This document shows positions 1-13,953 of a stretch of 60,231 nt of DNA, one piece after another. The stretch comes from Toensbergia leucococca (taxonomy: Eukaryota). The notes beneath the pieces were generated by a model, which worked only from the letters and a program-made list of their open reading frames with translations, did not search any database and was not told the DNA's origin. A program made the translations under genes and the position numbers. Location: assembly GCA_022813965.1 (NCBI GenBank), contig JALDZS010000150.1:1-60231 (forward strand), given 5' to 3'. How positions within the stretch are numbered: position 1 is the stretch's first letter; each line of letters begins with the position of its first letter.

Positions 1-3000
1 TGCTCGACCAGCCGTACCCTCCGAATAACAACCTATATAGTTGTAATTTCCAGTCACATTCACAGTGACAGGTCCGCTAGGCACAGTTCCTCCACCAGTC
101 GTGCCTAGACTGCCAGGGGTGTAGAGGGCGGCATCGTAATAGATACTGATATATCCGCCGAGGCCACCACAAACCTGATTAGGCGCACCGGAGCAAGCAA
201 AGGTACAAAGCGTGTCGGCTACACTATACAAGGATGGTGGTGGAGTGTTTCCGCAAAAACACTCTGTTTGATATTCTGTTCCCGAGAATATATATTTGCC
301 TGCGAGGCAAGAGGTCTGACATCTTCCGTTCGAGTTATTAGCATCTGTGTAGGGGTTGTTAGGAAGAAGTCGTCCGGTGGGTGCATCATCTATGAAGCAC
401 CCAAGATACTCGTAGACTGGAGCGCCCGTGGAAGTGACAGGACCTACGATGGTGTCTACCACTGTTCCTTGAATCTCAACCACATGAACGCCGAAGTTAA
501 GGTCATCCGTGTTCAAGGTCCAGGTGTTGTTGTATTCTTGAGGCAGAATATTAGGTTCTTCATTATTACTAACAAAAAGTACTGTAGCGTAGGCGCAGGT
601 TCCAACATCAATATCTTGAGACTCATGTAGCGAAGTAGGATCTTCAGGACGGAATACACCACTGGGCGGCTTGCTTTTCGATACCTCAAGCACAGAACCC
701 CCGACATCACATATGCGGATTTGCCTCGAAGACGTAGAGCCGGGTGCCACATCACCAAAATCCATTAAGAGATTGTCTTGAGGCAGCCAACCACCTTCGC
801 CGTTGCTGATTGAGAAATTAGCAGCCGGGGCTGTTGAGGCAGAGCCTTCGAGAATCGTGTACTTGGAGCCGCCAGTACTCCAAACGAAGAGATAGGATTG
901 GTATTGACCAACTCCAGTGATAGGATCAAAGGTCGTATCCACCGAGATTGATTGGCCTGCATTCACCACAGTTCCAACAGCCGGAAGATTGGAAGATGTG
1001 AAGCCTACACCAAGTTCTGCGGTCCCACCGTTAAAGGTCACATTGGTATAGTCAATATCGTCATCATCGAGATCATCCGTCGTGTATGCATAACCGGTGA
1101 TTGTTAAAGCACTGAGGCCTGAATTGTCGATCACCAACGGGAGAGTGACCGTTGGAATAGACTGGTTGTTGAGAAGTACAAGCCCACTATAGTCGACCGT
1201 GACAGGAGTCAGAGACAAATAAGCTTTCTGGGAGACCTCAGTACCCGTCAAGCTGATGGGGAACTCTGTAGAATAGCCAAGTACAGCATTGGTCGTAAGT
1301 AGAGTCAACGCAGTACTTTTGACACCTGGCGATGTATTGCCGTAAGATGCATTAGGAGCGTTTGTTACGACGGTGTTATTTAGGTTCCACGTCACTGGAA
1401 AGCTGAATGTAGCTCCAGCGGCCACTGGACCTGCTGGCAAACTCGAATTACTCACTTGGAAATGTGCGTCGCCGACAGTCGCTCCATTGATCGAGGTGAT
1501 TGCAATATTAGCCTTACAAGTAACAGTCTCAGTAGCTTCGGAGCCAAGCGCGACGGACCCAAAGCTAATAGGTGAAGTACAGTTGAGAGGAAGATTGACG
1601 GGGGACCCAAGACAGTACAGTGTCCCGGTAGTGTCTGTAACATAGAGTCGAGTGTCTCCAAACGCTGGACGTTGAAACTTGTTCAATCCATTGACTTGAG
1701 GCAGATTGATGGTTTTCAAGAATCCATCCGACCCAGGAACTCCGTACCAAGCTCGAAGGCCAGCGTCGGGATCGCACATCCACAAGATGGAAGTTCCTGG
1801 CTGATTCTTGTACGACGTAATGGTTGGCACACCGACTCCGACTCGTCCAGCAGACGTCTCATGACTTTGGCCAACTAAGGAGAAGATCGGGACCCCTGAG
1901 CCACTGAATCCGAGCTTGTAAACATAGGTAGGGTACCCGACTGGAGTAGAATAGATGTAGCCACCTTCCAAGGGATACGATCCTGATCCGCCGAAAACGG
2001 CTTCGTTCGTTACTATTGTTTGGATGACGCCGTCCGTCTCACCTGGTCCTGTCTTGTAACCACCCATATTATTCGCGTTCAGTATGTATATTTTACCGTT
2101 CTTTCCAGCTGTGACGCCCATCTTACTCACACCAGTCCCGTAGAAAACCGTTGGGTCGAGAAGGGCAATCCCTCCAGAACCAAAATCTTCGTCACCGCCA
2201 TCCATGTTCTGATAGTCGTATGGTTGAAAGTAGTCCGTTAAAGACAATTTTCCACCGGGCCCTATAGCTAAGTTGACCTTTATGGACATTAGTGAGGATA
2301 TCATCCTTCTTTCTATACCAAGGCACTCACGCAAGCTTCGCCCAACGTCTGACAGCCACTACTTCCAGAAGCAGGCACACCATTATTTTCATGGCCATCG
2401 CCGTTGCCAGTTACGAAGAAGAGGCGGTCTCCGTCAGTTGCGATAGCCATTCCGCTCATCCAGATACCACCTTCACCGCCTCCACTACCCTGACTCCAAA
2501 CATTGGTCTGCGGTGCGAGAGGCCCAGATTCGACAGCAAAATTTGTGACAATGGCTTTCAAATTGACGTCGATACCTATGACAACTCCGGTGTAGTTAAA
2601 AAGATCACAGTGACCGCCGAACGCCCCGTAGACAACGGAACCAACTTGGGTTAATGACTATACCGAATTAGCATAACTCCCAAGCCTAAAATCATCTACA
2701 AGAATTAAAGAATTAAAGCAAAAACATATTCATTCAGTCGAACTGTAATCGAGCCATGAGCAGAAAACGGACTTCCGCAAGACGTGATGTATAAAGAAGA
2801 CGAGGCTTCAGACCTGACAAATATGAAAAGTCAAGTGAAATTTGCAATAAAATGAGAGTGACTTACGGGTCGTTGCAAGATCACCCCACCAATGAAGTAT
2901 TTGGCAGGATCATTATCACTCTGAGAGCCGTCGATAAGAATGGGGGGGAACACATCTGCCAAAGTGTTGACATAGACACCATGAAAGTAATAAACTCCAT

Positions 3001-3694
3001 TGTAAGTGCCTGTAGCGCCTGCAGCACGGTAATTGGCGATATATGTCTTGGAGAAGAAATATGCAATGTCAGTCTCAGGGTCAATAACGGGAGTGCCGAT
3101 GATGCCTATGTAGTTGGGAATGTCGGTACAGCCGATATCTGATTGCAAGAAAGGCGTGTGGACTTGTCGAGCGTTGATCAGAGTGCCTAATTTGGCGTCC
3201 AGAGTGCGAATCCAATTTTCTGACGAGGCAAGGAAGAGTATCTGGTTACCACCGGCCACTGGGGTGTAGACCAAAGGTTTCGCGTAAAACTGCAGGTGCC
3301 AGGCCCACAAATCAGCAAGAATCCCTGTTCCTCATACATATGCGACGACATTGGAACCTTCAACATCCATCTCAACGCAACGACATGCATGCCCCCCTGG
3401 ATTGGACAGATACGACGCATGGTAGTCATGCCTTCCAATCAAGTCGGTGCAATGATTCGGGAGCAATGACCAATCAACGTGGGGGATTCGTACCTGTTCT
3501 AAACTGTTGAACTTGACTTTCCACAGCTGACCGAAGCTGGAGCTGTCAACAACTGCTGGGTCCATGTTGTGGTTGGGAAGGTATCCGGACTGTGCCGGAT
3601 CAGCATCAGAGTATTCATCCGTCGGCGCAGACGCAGAAACGCGTGGAATCATGATTGCAGCCAACGCGGCGAGACCGCAAAGACGGAACAGCAT
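1..3694 (-). CDS. Secreted WSC-domain protein (signal peptide, probable beta-propeller-like N-terminal region, C-terminal WSC repeats); 3' end runs off the window
   Basis: ATG 3694 with signal peptide MLFRLCGLAALAAIMIPRVSA. GT-AG introns 3290-3493, 2658-2866 and ~2278-2330 join in frame (SLEQ/FYAKPL, LQRP/SLTQVG, GEAC/VNLAIG). The last exon stays open to base 1 and ends in a WSC motif (YNYIGCYSEGTAGRA). Confidence 0.88.
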
Positions 3695-6430
3695 CGCCGT
3701 GTATGTAGGTCGCCGTCGTACTGTTGAGTCTAATTAACCAGATCCTGAGGGAACGAGCCTATAAATCAGTGGCGGGCTCTTCAAGACTTTATGTTCCCAA
3801 GACACAGGAACGTCCGATGCTCGACTGCAAACCCTGTACCATGCCTGCTTACACATTGGCCCGGCAGTTCTGGCCAGGCAAGATACCTCCCTGGTAAAAG
3901 TGGCATACGCCATTGTTGTGCAATATCCGGATGAGAATAGAGCAAGAATCCAGAACGGGACTCCAGTAAGGACATTTTCAAAGGCTTGGAAGTAGCAATG
4001 AAGCCGTCTTCAGCCGCAAGGGGACTTCAGCAGGGAAGTGCCGAGTGCATTTGCTGCAGCAATTGAAGCCGCCATAAGCCAGACAGGCCTTTTATGTCTT
4101 AGGTTGTGGAAGGAACCGCTTTCTGCCATGAGACGACTCAATTTGTCAATATTCCCGTGCATGAGCCAGCCATGGCGGTGTACCGTGTACTTGTGGTAGG
4201 GCAGGTCAAGGCTACTTTGTGAGTGTGAGTGGTTGGTGCCTCGGTGGTGGCCGAATGAGGGTCGGCGGTAGGATGATGTGGGCTAAGATAAGGCACAAAC
4301 TACACTACTAGGTAGAGCTCCAACGTACCAACAGTGCCGGAGGTAAACTAAGAAATCCTGAAAGTTCCCTTATTGGTGCAACTGCGAAGCGGGTGGAAGT
4401 AGCTGCTCTAAAGCGTCCTGCGGAATCCCTCATTGCGGCTCCATTACGCGGGAGGGTACCTGTTCTACTGCATAGGTGCGAATTACTCGGATATCCGACT
4501 TTTCGAAATCTCTCGACTTTTTCTGTAGAATAAGAGATGTGTAATGGATATATCATTAGCGTACAATGACCCCACGATAGGCGGAGTCATCAACCAGGGA
4601 TAGGAGACGTTGAACTCTATCTGCGGGACATCATCGATAGGTAGATAGGCACGTGATAGGCTATTACTGCTCGTGTTGATGGTCCGTGTCATGGAAACCT
4701 GACCTGTGGGTTGGTAGATTTAGGTTAAGTACCGAGAGCGCTCCACTCTGTTGCATGGCAGTGAGACCAGACTTTCATTATTCTTGGGCAACCCACAGAC
4801 AGCTTACAACTTTCAAGAGCCCTCGTGATCATGAATTGACTAGGTCACATAATTTCAGCCACAGAGATGCTAACGTACCTGCAATTGTGACACTTTGGAT
4901 GCGGGGAAGAGGTGACCCTGCAATTTTGGCAGACCCATGTTCTCGATGGATCTGAATAAATCGGCCTTTTTTTCAGCCGTGTGCGGGACAATCCTCGAAT
5001 CCCCAGCAGCGGAGATATCTAAGCCAATGGTAGCCAAACCAGTCAGACTATGGATCCGGGCTAGAAAGAGTGATAGCGCCAGAGTCAGATGATGATAATG
5101 CGGGATCCATGCAGGGGCATTCGCGAACGAGTGGGGAACCCCACCACCACCACAAACTGCCATAGGTAGTATGCATTGCTTTGAACAAGTATCATGTAGC
5201 TTGTAGGCTTGAGCCACAGGGTTGCACGGATCTTGATGTGCGCTAACCATGAACAGGCACTCATGCACTGTTTGGGACTCCATCTTGTTGGACCGATGGA
5301 TTATGGCGGTCAAGCTTCAACATCATAGGCCTACCTAGGTACACAACACCAAGCCGAACCATTAGCATCAGACCCTCATCTCAAAGACTGATGGGCACTT
5401 TTCAAAGTAGTGAAGACACTCAGACACTGCTATTCTGCTTTTGTCAGTTCATTTGTTTGAACGGAGCTGTATTAATGTGTCATGTATCATGTATATACCG
5501 CAATATCTAGTATACAAAGACAGTAAAGTTATAGGCACCTATCAGATGACACGGCGAGCCGCTTACATGGTCTTTCCAAGCATTTAACGTGGTTCCATGT
5601 GCCGCACCTTTTGTCGCGTGCGAGGCTTTTTCGAGCTTCATGCAAGGGCCAGGCATCCTTCCAATAGAACAATCAAGGGGGGATCCTCAAATATCTACCT
5701 ATTGAGCGCATGAACACCAGCTACAGTGACAGTCACGCTGAACCTGATTAGGGCAATGAACAATCACTGCCTAGCCTTCTTTCCCAGACTTCCTGATGCT
5801 CTGATACACCAACTCATCACCTACGACTCGACTTCACAATGCCCAATTTCGCCGGCTTTTACCTCTAGCACTAGGTTTCCCATAGTTCGATGGCAAAGAT
5901 GAGAATATTCTCATGCTATAGATTTTCAAGGACCACCTAGCTATCTTCTAGATTTGCCATCCATTTCAGACCGAGGTACCCAGTCATCATTCCTGCATCT
6001 TGAATCAATCAGTATTGCACCCCACACAGTGATACAAACGTCCACCATCACATGCACTAATCAGGTTTTTTCCAATCCGTGAGAACTCCGGAAGTATTCG
6101 TTTTCGTACAACATTGATTGACCTCTGAAATATTAATCAAAGCCTTGAACAAATCAATCTTGCATGATCTCTAAATATAATTGCTTGTAATTGAATGACG
6201 ATATAACATTCTTATTCATGATCAAATCAATGTATCACTACCAACATAGATATCAAAATAAAACCCTTTGACAACTCAAAAAATAAGAAGATTGATCATC
6301 TTGCACAACTCAACTGAAACAGAAACACCACAAAATCTCGAGCGATATCAAAATTCTCATCAAAAGACCTATCAATTATTCTCTTTTAATAAAGTGCATT
6401 AAAACCCCGCGTAGATCTCTTCAACCGTGA

Positions 6431-6466
6431 TGAGAAGAGTGAGAAGAGTGAGAAGAGTGAGAAGAG
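6431..6466 (+). repeat. 9-bp tandem repeat (TGAGAAGAG)x4
   Basis: Directly visible; four perfect copies. Confidence 0.95.
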
Positions 6467-6960
6467 AAACAACAACAAGAACACTAAGAGATAAAAGAAA
6501 CAAAAAAATATCAAGCTCACCTCAACGCACAGATCAAACAACAAAACATACCCAACCCCTGCCAACATCACCAAAGCCAACAATATCAAAAAAGTCCTCA
6601 CCTTAAAGCAGGAAGCCGATTCCTCTCTAATCAAGCCTCGTACAAACGCCCCCTCACCCTCAGGATGAGGCACCCCATTGCCCCAAAAAATGCCTACAAA
6701 CCCCCCCCTTTAATTTAAGACACAAATCTCAAGAGGAGATACAAGATCTTCCATTCCGCCTCAGCTACACCGGCCAATATCAAACAGCTTTAGTACATCG
6801 GGAGAAAGATCACTAAGAGCCATCTAGCCCAATCCAAACCTTCCTCCTTCCCGTCCATGCATCTCTCACCGACCCGTCCCTTCTCCCCCACAAAAGCAAA
6901 AACGCCTCCATGCAGCCAAAGCGTCTCATGAATCATATTTCCCAGCCAGCCATCCACGAA

Positions 6961-9515
6961 TCAGCCCGCCAGCGCCTTCAAAGCCTCAACCGCACACTCG
7001 GCAACAGCGTCCTCGCTCTCAGCCCGCAGGACATCTTCTAAAATGATGACCCCTCCTAGCTCTTTTATTTTGTCGCAAGCTTGTTTCCCCGTCTCGTCAT
7101 CCATGCTTGTTAGATTCCGGATGCAAACCACACCGCGGTGCACAATGCCCTGATCGCCATCTTCACACAAGCCTAGCAATATCTCCACGCCTCTGTCCCG
7201 CGCAAGCACCGCCGTCACCGTCCCCTCGAATTCTGTAGTCGCAGCTAGAGCCCCGCCCGCTGCCCTCCTGGTAGCTTCATCCTCGACGTCCGCGAGTGCA
7301 AGCAAGATATGTAGTCTCCGTGCTGCGGCCTTTGAGCCATCAGAGAAGATTTCGATTCCGGAAGGGAAGGCTGTGAGGTTGCAGAGGAGTTCGGTCGTGG
7401 CGCGCTGGAGCATGGTGTTGTTGCTTAGGAGGAGTTCTTCGAGGGTTGGGAAGGCTAGGTGAATAATTGTGTTGGCGGCTTCAGGGGATGGGGTGGAGGC
7501 GAGGTTGGTGAGGGCTAGGAGGGCTTCGAAGGCTGGGAGAAGATTGCGTGGGCCGTCTGTATATTGGGAAGAATCGTCGGTGAGGAGGGTAAGAAGGGGA
7601 CGGATTGCGGATGTCAAGGGTGGGGATCCCGAGGAGGAGAACACGAGAGTTGGATCTACGGAGATGAGAATACGAGCGAGGGCGTGAGCTGTAGTGTGAC
7701 GACTCTGGAGGTCTATGGCCGTTGATCCGTTGATGGAGGGGTATGCTTGAAGCAAGAGCTTCACGCCTCCTTGCTGCGCGATTGTCCCGCGGTAAGCAGG
7801 GGTTCTTGAGAGGGATAGAAGGGTGCTGAAGATGATGGCCAATGATGTTGGGTTGAGACTTTTGAAGATACCGACGAGAAGTGAGATAACGCCAGCATCG
7901 AGGATAATTTTGCAACGTTTTGTGACAGCGATATCTTCATCCAGGGGATCTGATTTCAGGGGTGTTTTCGAGGCATTGGCGTAAGCTTTCAATTGAAATA
8001 ACCTCTTCTGCTCTTCCGATAAAGTAGGCTGATATCGAGTAAGATTTTCAAAGATCGTCAGTCCTCCAAACACTATTGGCGAAGTCGCTGGACCGTTTTT
8101 AAGAAGCTGCATTAGATGCTCGAGGAATTTCCGATCATTTGCAAGTGTTTCCTTGACCTTCGGCTGGACGGAAGCATAGGCAAGACCCTCGATGGAGCTC
8201 TGCTGATGAGTCTCTTCCTTTTCATCCATCATCCTTCTAAACATCGGGACAAGCTCGTCAATGCTTGTACTACCCTCTTCCCTTATTCCAGATTCTTCAC
8301 CATTAGCTTCACCAGTAGCTTGACCTCCGGGCGCTTGAACCTTAGTCAGAATGACTGCAGCTAATCCTGGGATTTGCCCCTTGCCCGTCTTTATGACTTG
8401 TTCCAGCCAAGTCGTGCAGTGCTTGCTGACAGCTTCTCGACAGGCCGTATCAAGGCATGCAGCGCTCAACATGTCTAAAGCTGCTTGCTCAACTCGCCAT
8501 GACGTAGTCTTTCTCTCAAGCAAGGGTACCAGCGACTGAATGAATCCCTCAGTAAGAAATAACGCCGATGCAACCGAAGGTACCAATGGAAAAATCGAAG
8601 CGGCAGCAGAAAACGCAAGAATCAAGCTTTCGTCCGCGCGCTTCCCAACTCGAGTTGTAATGTATTCCGACAACATGTTTCGTCCTCTGTCTTGAGAAGC
8701 CTCGAGGAACTTTGCTGTTGCGAGAGTGGCTTGACTCCGCACTGCGACAGGTAACCGGTTGTCCAAACAAGTCAAAATCGTATCAAAAGTTGATTGATCC
8801 ACAAGACTTTCTAGACTATTTGCATCCGTTGCCAAAAGCTTCGAGATTCCTTTCAGAGATCTATCATCATAGTCCTGCCCAATCTCCATCAACTTAGCCA
8901 GGAATAGCTGGAAAACATCTTTTTCACATGTCTGTCGAATTGTCTCTGTTGCCCACGCCGATGGATCCATAACAACCGCAGCGACGGCATTGGCAGACCC
9001 GTCTCCAATTCTGTAAACCGTCTTGAACGTTAATGTAGCTCCCTCCTGAAATCGTTTTCCGAGGACTACCCTAGCCGCTAGGCAGTGGTGTAGGAGTTCT
9101 GAAGTAATGCGATCTTGCGTCTCCGTCTCTCGAGTAATTTCCCGTTCTATGATAGCCTCGAAACATTTTTGGGCGACGTCTCCTGAAATTTGGGCATGAG
9201 AGCTCCTGATATATTTCAAAGCCTCCTTGCCAGACCCCTCATCATCTTCCAGGATAAATTTTTGGCACAATTCAAGCAGATCATGCCCCGCATCATTGGA
9301 CTGTATCTCCAACAAAGCGGCTTTGACATCTGGGTGTTCAGGCGCAAGGAAAGCTGCTTCTCGTAAGGCTCGAGAGCCTTTCTGCGGCCATAGAGTCAGC
9401 GACTGTGGCGATTATTGAAAGTTTGGTGAAGAACCTCAGCTTGACCAGCAGCTACGAGCTCAACGGCGTTTGCCGCCAACCTGGCGGCTCGCTCCTGGTC
9501 GTTGGCGTCAGACAT
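6961..9515 (-). CDS. SHE4: UCS-domain myosin chaperone She4/CRO1
   Basis: 784-aa ORF with UCS/ARM-repeat motifs (SIEGLAYASVQPKVKE, RGTIAQQGG, FEALLALTNLAS, RRAAGGALA, HRGVVCIRN). It extends through intron 9382-9434 to ATG 9515 (MSDANDQERAARL). Confidence 0.93.
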
Positions 9516-9858
9516 GGGCTGTAAATCGTTGTAAGACGTTGGCAGGTGAGAGCGAAAAGAAGAGGGCAATACCTAAGCACTGAAAACGAGCGAAAGAACA
9601 TTAATGAAAGTGCTGATTCATAAGTACGGAGGTACTCGTAGCCTGTGAAGAATCGTCTCCATGACACGTTTCTGCAGGGCCAGATCTGACATCATCGCGG
9701 ATTCGCGGTTTGAGAGCGAGCAAGGGCTAAATTCTAATGCTCACATATCTCAACTCTAACAAAGTTCTCAAATGCATGTGCTCTCAAGATATAGCAAGCT
9801 CTTGAAGCCGTACGGATAGACTGGACCTCGACATGTCCGCCAAGCCAACGTCACGACC

Positions 9859-11086
9859 ATGAACGCCGTAGATGCATCCGAGCACTACACCACAACCTCC
9901 GACGGTATCTATCCCCTTCTCAACCCATCCCCCCAAAAACTCATCCAGCACTCAATTAACAATCTCACCCTAGAACCACCCGCAACACTCCTAACTATTA
10001 TCGTCGACACCAACCCTCACGCTTGGGCGCTCCTCTCCCCCACCCTTCCCCTTTCCAAAGCCCTAGCAAACCTCCTCGTCTTCATCAACGCCCACCTAGC
10101 CTTCAACTACGCCAACAAAATTGCCCTTATCGCCAGCCACACCCAGCGGGCAGAGTTCCTCTACCCATCCTCTAAATACCACGCAACTAACGGAACATCT
10201 TTGGCACACTACCTAAGAGCAAATGGCTCTGACACAGAAACGCGTGACCATGGCCCTCCCCCTCCTTCCTCAGATGACGCAAACCACTACCGCCCCTTCC
10301 GCCTCATCCAAGCCACCCTCCTCAAAAGCCTACATGCCCTCTTCTCCAGTACCTCCCCAAAGACCCTAACCTCCAACCCCACAACCTCCATCTCCGGCGC
10401 TCTCTCCCTCGCCCTCTCCTACATAACCAAGCAAACCCCCTCCTCCACCTCCATAACCACCACCAACCCCCTCCCCACACACAACGACCAAGCCGCGCCA
10501 ACCCTCCAATCCCGTATCCTCGTTCTCTCCGTTTCCGGCGATCTCGCACACCAGTACATCCCCCTGATGAATTGCATATTCGCCGCACAGAACCTCAGCA
10601 TCCCCATCGACATTTGCAAAATCGCCGGCGATACCGTCTTCCTGCAGCAAGCCTCGGACGCCACGCGGGGGACTTATATTAAGCTCGAGCATCCGCAAGG
10701 GCTGCTGCAGTATCTGATGATGGGGTTTCTGCCTGATCAGACGAGCCGCCAGTATTTGATAAGTCCGACGCAGGTGGGGGTTGATTTCCGAGCCGCGTGT
10801 TTTTGCCATCGGAGGGTGGTTGATACGGGGTTTGTGTGCAGTATCTGTCTGAGCAGTAAACTTCTTATTCTTACATCGGGGCTTGATCGGAGAATATGCA
10901 CTGATCAAACTTGTAGTCTTTTGCTCGCCTCCCGAAGGGGCTATATGTCTCACTTGCGGTACAGAACTCGAGCTCAAAGATTACGGAGGAAAACCAGTGG
11001 TAGTATCCACGAAGAAGAAAAAGCGGAAGAACAGGGTAGATGGTGAACGAAGACCGGGAACAAATTTTGGCACCCCTGAACCATGA
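9859..11086 (+). CDS. TFB4: TFIIH subunit Tfb4/p34
   Basis: MNAVDASEHY, LLTIIVDTNP, QYIPLMNCIFAAQ, VDFRAACFCH and a C-terminal Zn finger (CSICLS...CLTC). Introns 9905-9973 and 10856-10916. Confidence 0.96.
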
Positions 11087-11686
11087 TCAGTGAATTAATA
11101 GAGAATCATATCATTTCTGAGGATATTTCCACCTGCGTCGTTGACTTTATAGGTACACATTCACAAGGGCCAGGTACAAGTCAATACATTAGATGACTTA
11201 GGTTCCCGTCTAGAAGAAAAGAATTGCTTGATTTCATCCCTCGTTCTTCGAGGCAGTACGAGTAAGTGTACTGCTGAAGGGCGCCTTCTACCAGAAAGTA
11301 CCGAAGCTATGCAACCAAAAACATGCCCTTATGCCTTCCCTTAAAGCCGCTCTCTGCTGCACCTTGAGTTGGTATCAGGAGAAAAAGGTCCTTTCCCATG
11401 ACGTTGAAGCAAAATCAAGCTTACCCACCAACTCGGGTTTTCAGACTTATGAGAGTGCCTAAGGGGTCTTTGATGAGGTTTTCCTAAGACAAATGGGCTC
11501 GTAGTAGTCGTAGCCGAAGACAAGAGTACCATAGATGAGCAGGATCCTAATGAGCACCCATGCCATGGTAGTTCTCATGCTCTCCTTTGTAGGTTTCAAG
11601 TTAATGGATCATGATTTTTGATCCTCGATACCTCCTACTGAGCCGATCTTGATCGGATTATGAGTGGAAGGTGGAATATCGGTGTG

Positions 11687-13953
11687 CTAGATGACTTTCG
11701 TCGATACAGTCCGAGGCGACCGTCCTGCGGTAGCTCGAGCTTCGACGTCGTGAGATGGGCTAGCACCAGCCAAGGCTCCATTGCCTATGATGGCGCGAGC
11801 CGCAACCGTAGCATTCGAGTTAGAGTGACCAGTGTCCGTAACGATAGGTGAGGTGGGGCTGCCTGATATATCGTTGCAAGTGGGTTCCTTGGGGATTCTC
11901 TTTGTCTTCGTCTTTTGCCGTTTGGGTTGCGGTCCGGGAACATGGCCTTCTACGGCGTTCGCAGGCCATACATCGGGTTCAGGGTTAGAATCGTACCATC
12001 TCTGAGTCCGATGATGCCTCATAGCTCGACCTCCCGTGACGACAGCGTTGTTTCCTATCGGTGGATTTAGCTACTGCTACGAAGGTACAAAAGACTTTTA
12101 CCTCTGCTACGAGACATGACGCAATGCGGAATACTGTCCTCCGAAAACATAGACGCCAGTGCCTATGACTATCATTAGTGAATATTCCCATATGATTGTC
12201 TTTCAGTACTGTCTCACAAAAGAGTCGGTATTGTGAGCAAAGTGAAGCCAGGCACCGCTCTTGGTCTTCTTCACGCACATGACGCCAATCGCACCAGCTG
12301 ATTGACTTTCCCTAACGCTAGGATGGCCTGATGTTGTGACGACGTTAGTGATCTTATAAAGGGTTGATAAAATCGTAGTCTGCAACTAACCCATGAAATC
12401 CCTCTCAACAAAAGCCCTAATAGCTCCTTCATCATCAGTCTGCTCGGTGCCGCCACCTACACTTCTGCGATTTCCAAAGTATACGCGACTTGCGCAGGTA
12501 TTTGCTGCCATGGTAGTCGCCATATGCTCTCCGGTACCGCTAGTGACAGCTGCAACGCTACATCGGTCTTTGTCTGCGGGTTCAAGAGGGATCACAGCAG
12601 TGCCAATACCAACCAACGCTGCAGGTCCTGTACGTCCTCGATGCTTCATACCGATTCCTCCGGAGGACGAACCAGCAGCAATATTCCCAAAACAGTCTAT
12701 CGCAATAGCGCCTACAGTGTCGGTGATATCATCCTCGCTTCTGTCTTCGCCTCTTGCAGAATGTGCCAAAGCTCCTGGTCGTGTAATAGGGCAAAATGAA
12801 TTAATGGGAGGCATCTTGTCATCCCTCGTACTTTCGTTCCCTCGTCTTGGTTCGCCAGGAGTCTGAAGTTCATCATTCACTGACAAGCCTTCATGGGGCC
12901 TAGAATGCACGATGCTTGGCCTGTTCCATTGAAAATTAACATCAACATAGCTGCCGTTATCATTCTCGCAACAATCATCAGATCTGCTGGATGCCTGACC
13001 ATCGTTGCCTTGAGTTTTACGTAGCCATGCTTCCGTATCAGCTAAAAGAGAGCTGGGTGGTTGATCTCTTACAGAATCCCGCAGAGGAGGGCACTGAGAT
13101 GTATCGATCGCTGATACATCTGTATTCGGAGACAGAGCAGCGCTAGATTGGGGTGAATATGTCTGACTTTCGTTCCACACTCCAGCCATCAGACGAATAT
13201 GTGCTTCGCGCTGCCTCTGTATCTCCTCATTATCATGTTCCTCGATTTCTGGTACATCAGGTTCCTCGTCGGCGTTGCGCTTGCCAACCTTCTCCAAATC
13301 TTCTTTCCATCTCAACCATCTCTGTCGAGCACCAGCAGATATCAAGTAGTCGTGAGGAAGGACCGGCATTCCCTGTTCGAATGCGAAATCTGTAGCTCCT
13401 TGGCCAACGAGTAAGTTGGGAGGCACACGACGTAGAGACAGCTGCTGGGTAGAATGCTCTAGAACAATGCGAGCAAGGTGTATAGGATTGCGAATCTCTG
13501 CCAATGATCAGTACTCAGTCATGGCAGTAACTTCAATTGGCACACGGTGGAAATTGACGTACGGCCCACAGCGCCAACTGCACCACTTCGTCCATAGTGG
13601 TCAACGATCGTAGCATCACACTCAACCGTTCCATCCATCGCAAGGTTACTCCCAAAGCCTGCATTCGTTATTTCCTTATCCTCGAGCACCCTGATTGCCA
13701 TCTCTACAGCATCCGTGGCAGTTCCACCGTTGTTCAGTAAAGTCATGGCGGATTTGCAGGCACTTTGTGATGATTAGCTCAGGTTGAAAGATTTTAGGCA
13801 TTGGTTTTGTCGCCTCTGCACTAAAAACCTAGAAACGTACTCTTCACAAGCTTGTAGGTGAACTCTTTCATTTTGAGAACTGTGATATCCGGCGCCAGCA
13901 TGAACGAAGACGGCAGAAATATCTCCCCCAAGGCGGCGGCGATGGAAAGGCAT
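11687..13953 (-). CDS. Threonine aspartase (taspase-1-like, type-2 asparaginase/Ntn-hydrolase)
   Basis: VHAGAG, TNAGFGSNL, VECDA, IRNPIHLAR, autocleavage site ITD/TVGAIAID, GSSSGG, SGTGE and FAHNTDSF are spread over several exons. The last exon (GNNAVVTGGRAMRHH...TKVI*) ends at 11687. Confidence 0.9.

Noticed and set aside
3700..6000. Long upstream region of the WSC gene with ORFs up to 147 aa
   Set aside because: No domain, splice pattern or repeat structure could be supported; treated as promoter/intergenic.
6386..6673. Hydrophobic 95-aa minus-strand ORF resembling a membrane protein
   Set aside because: Hydrophobicity is an artefact of the T-rich strand and the 9-bp repeat.
9905..9973. 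In-frame stop-free introns (TFB4 intron 1, also NRC-2 intron 1 and GNAT)
   Set aside because: Expected by chance for a fraction of 50-70 nt introns; no evidence of regulated retention.
10363..10371. ACCCTAACC, another 9-nt telomere-like match
   Set aside because: Lies inside the TFB4 coding exon in a C-rich tract, with no associated TER elements.
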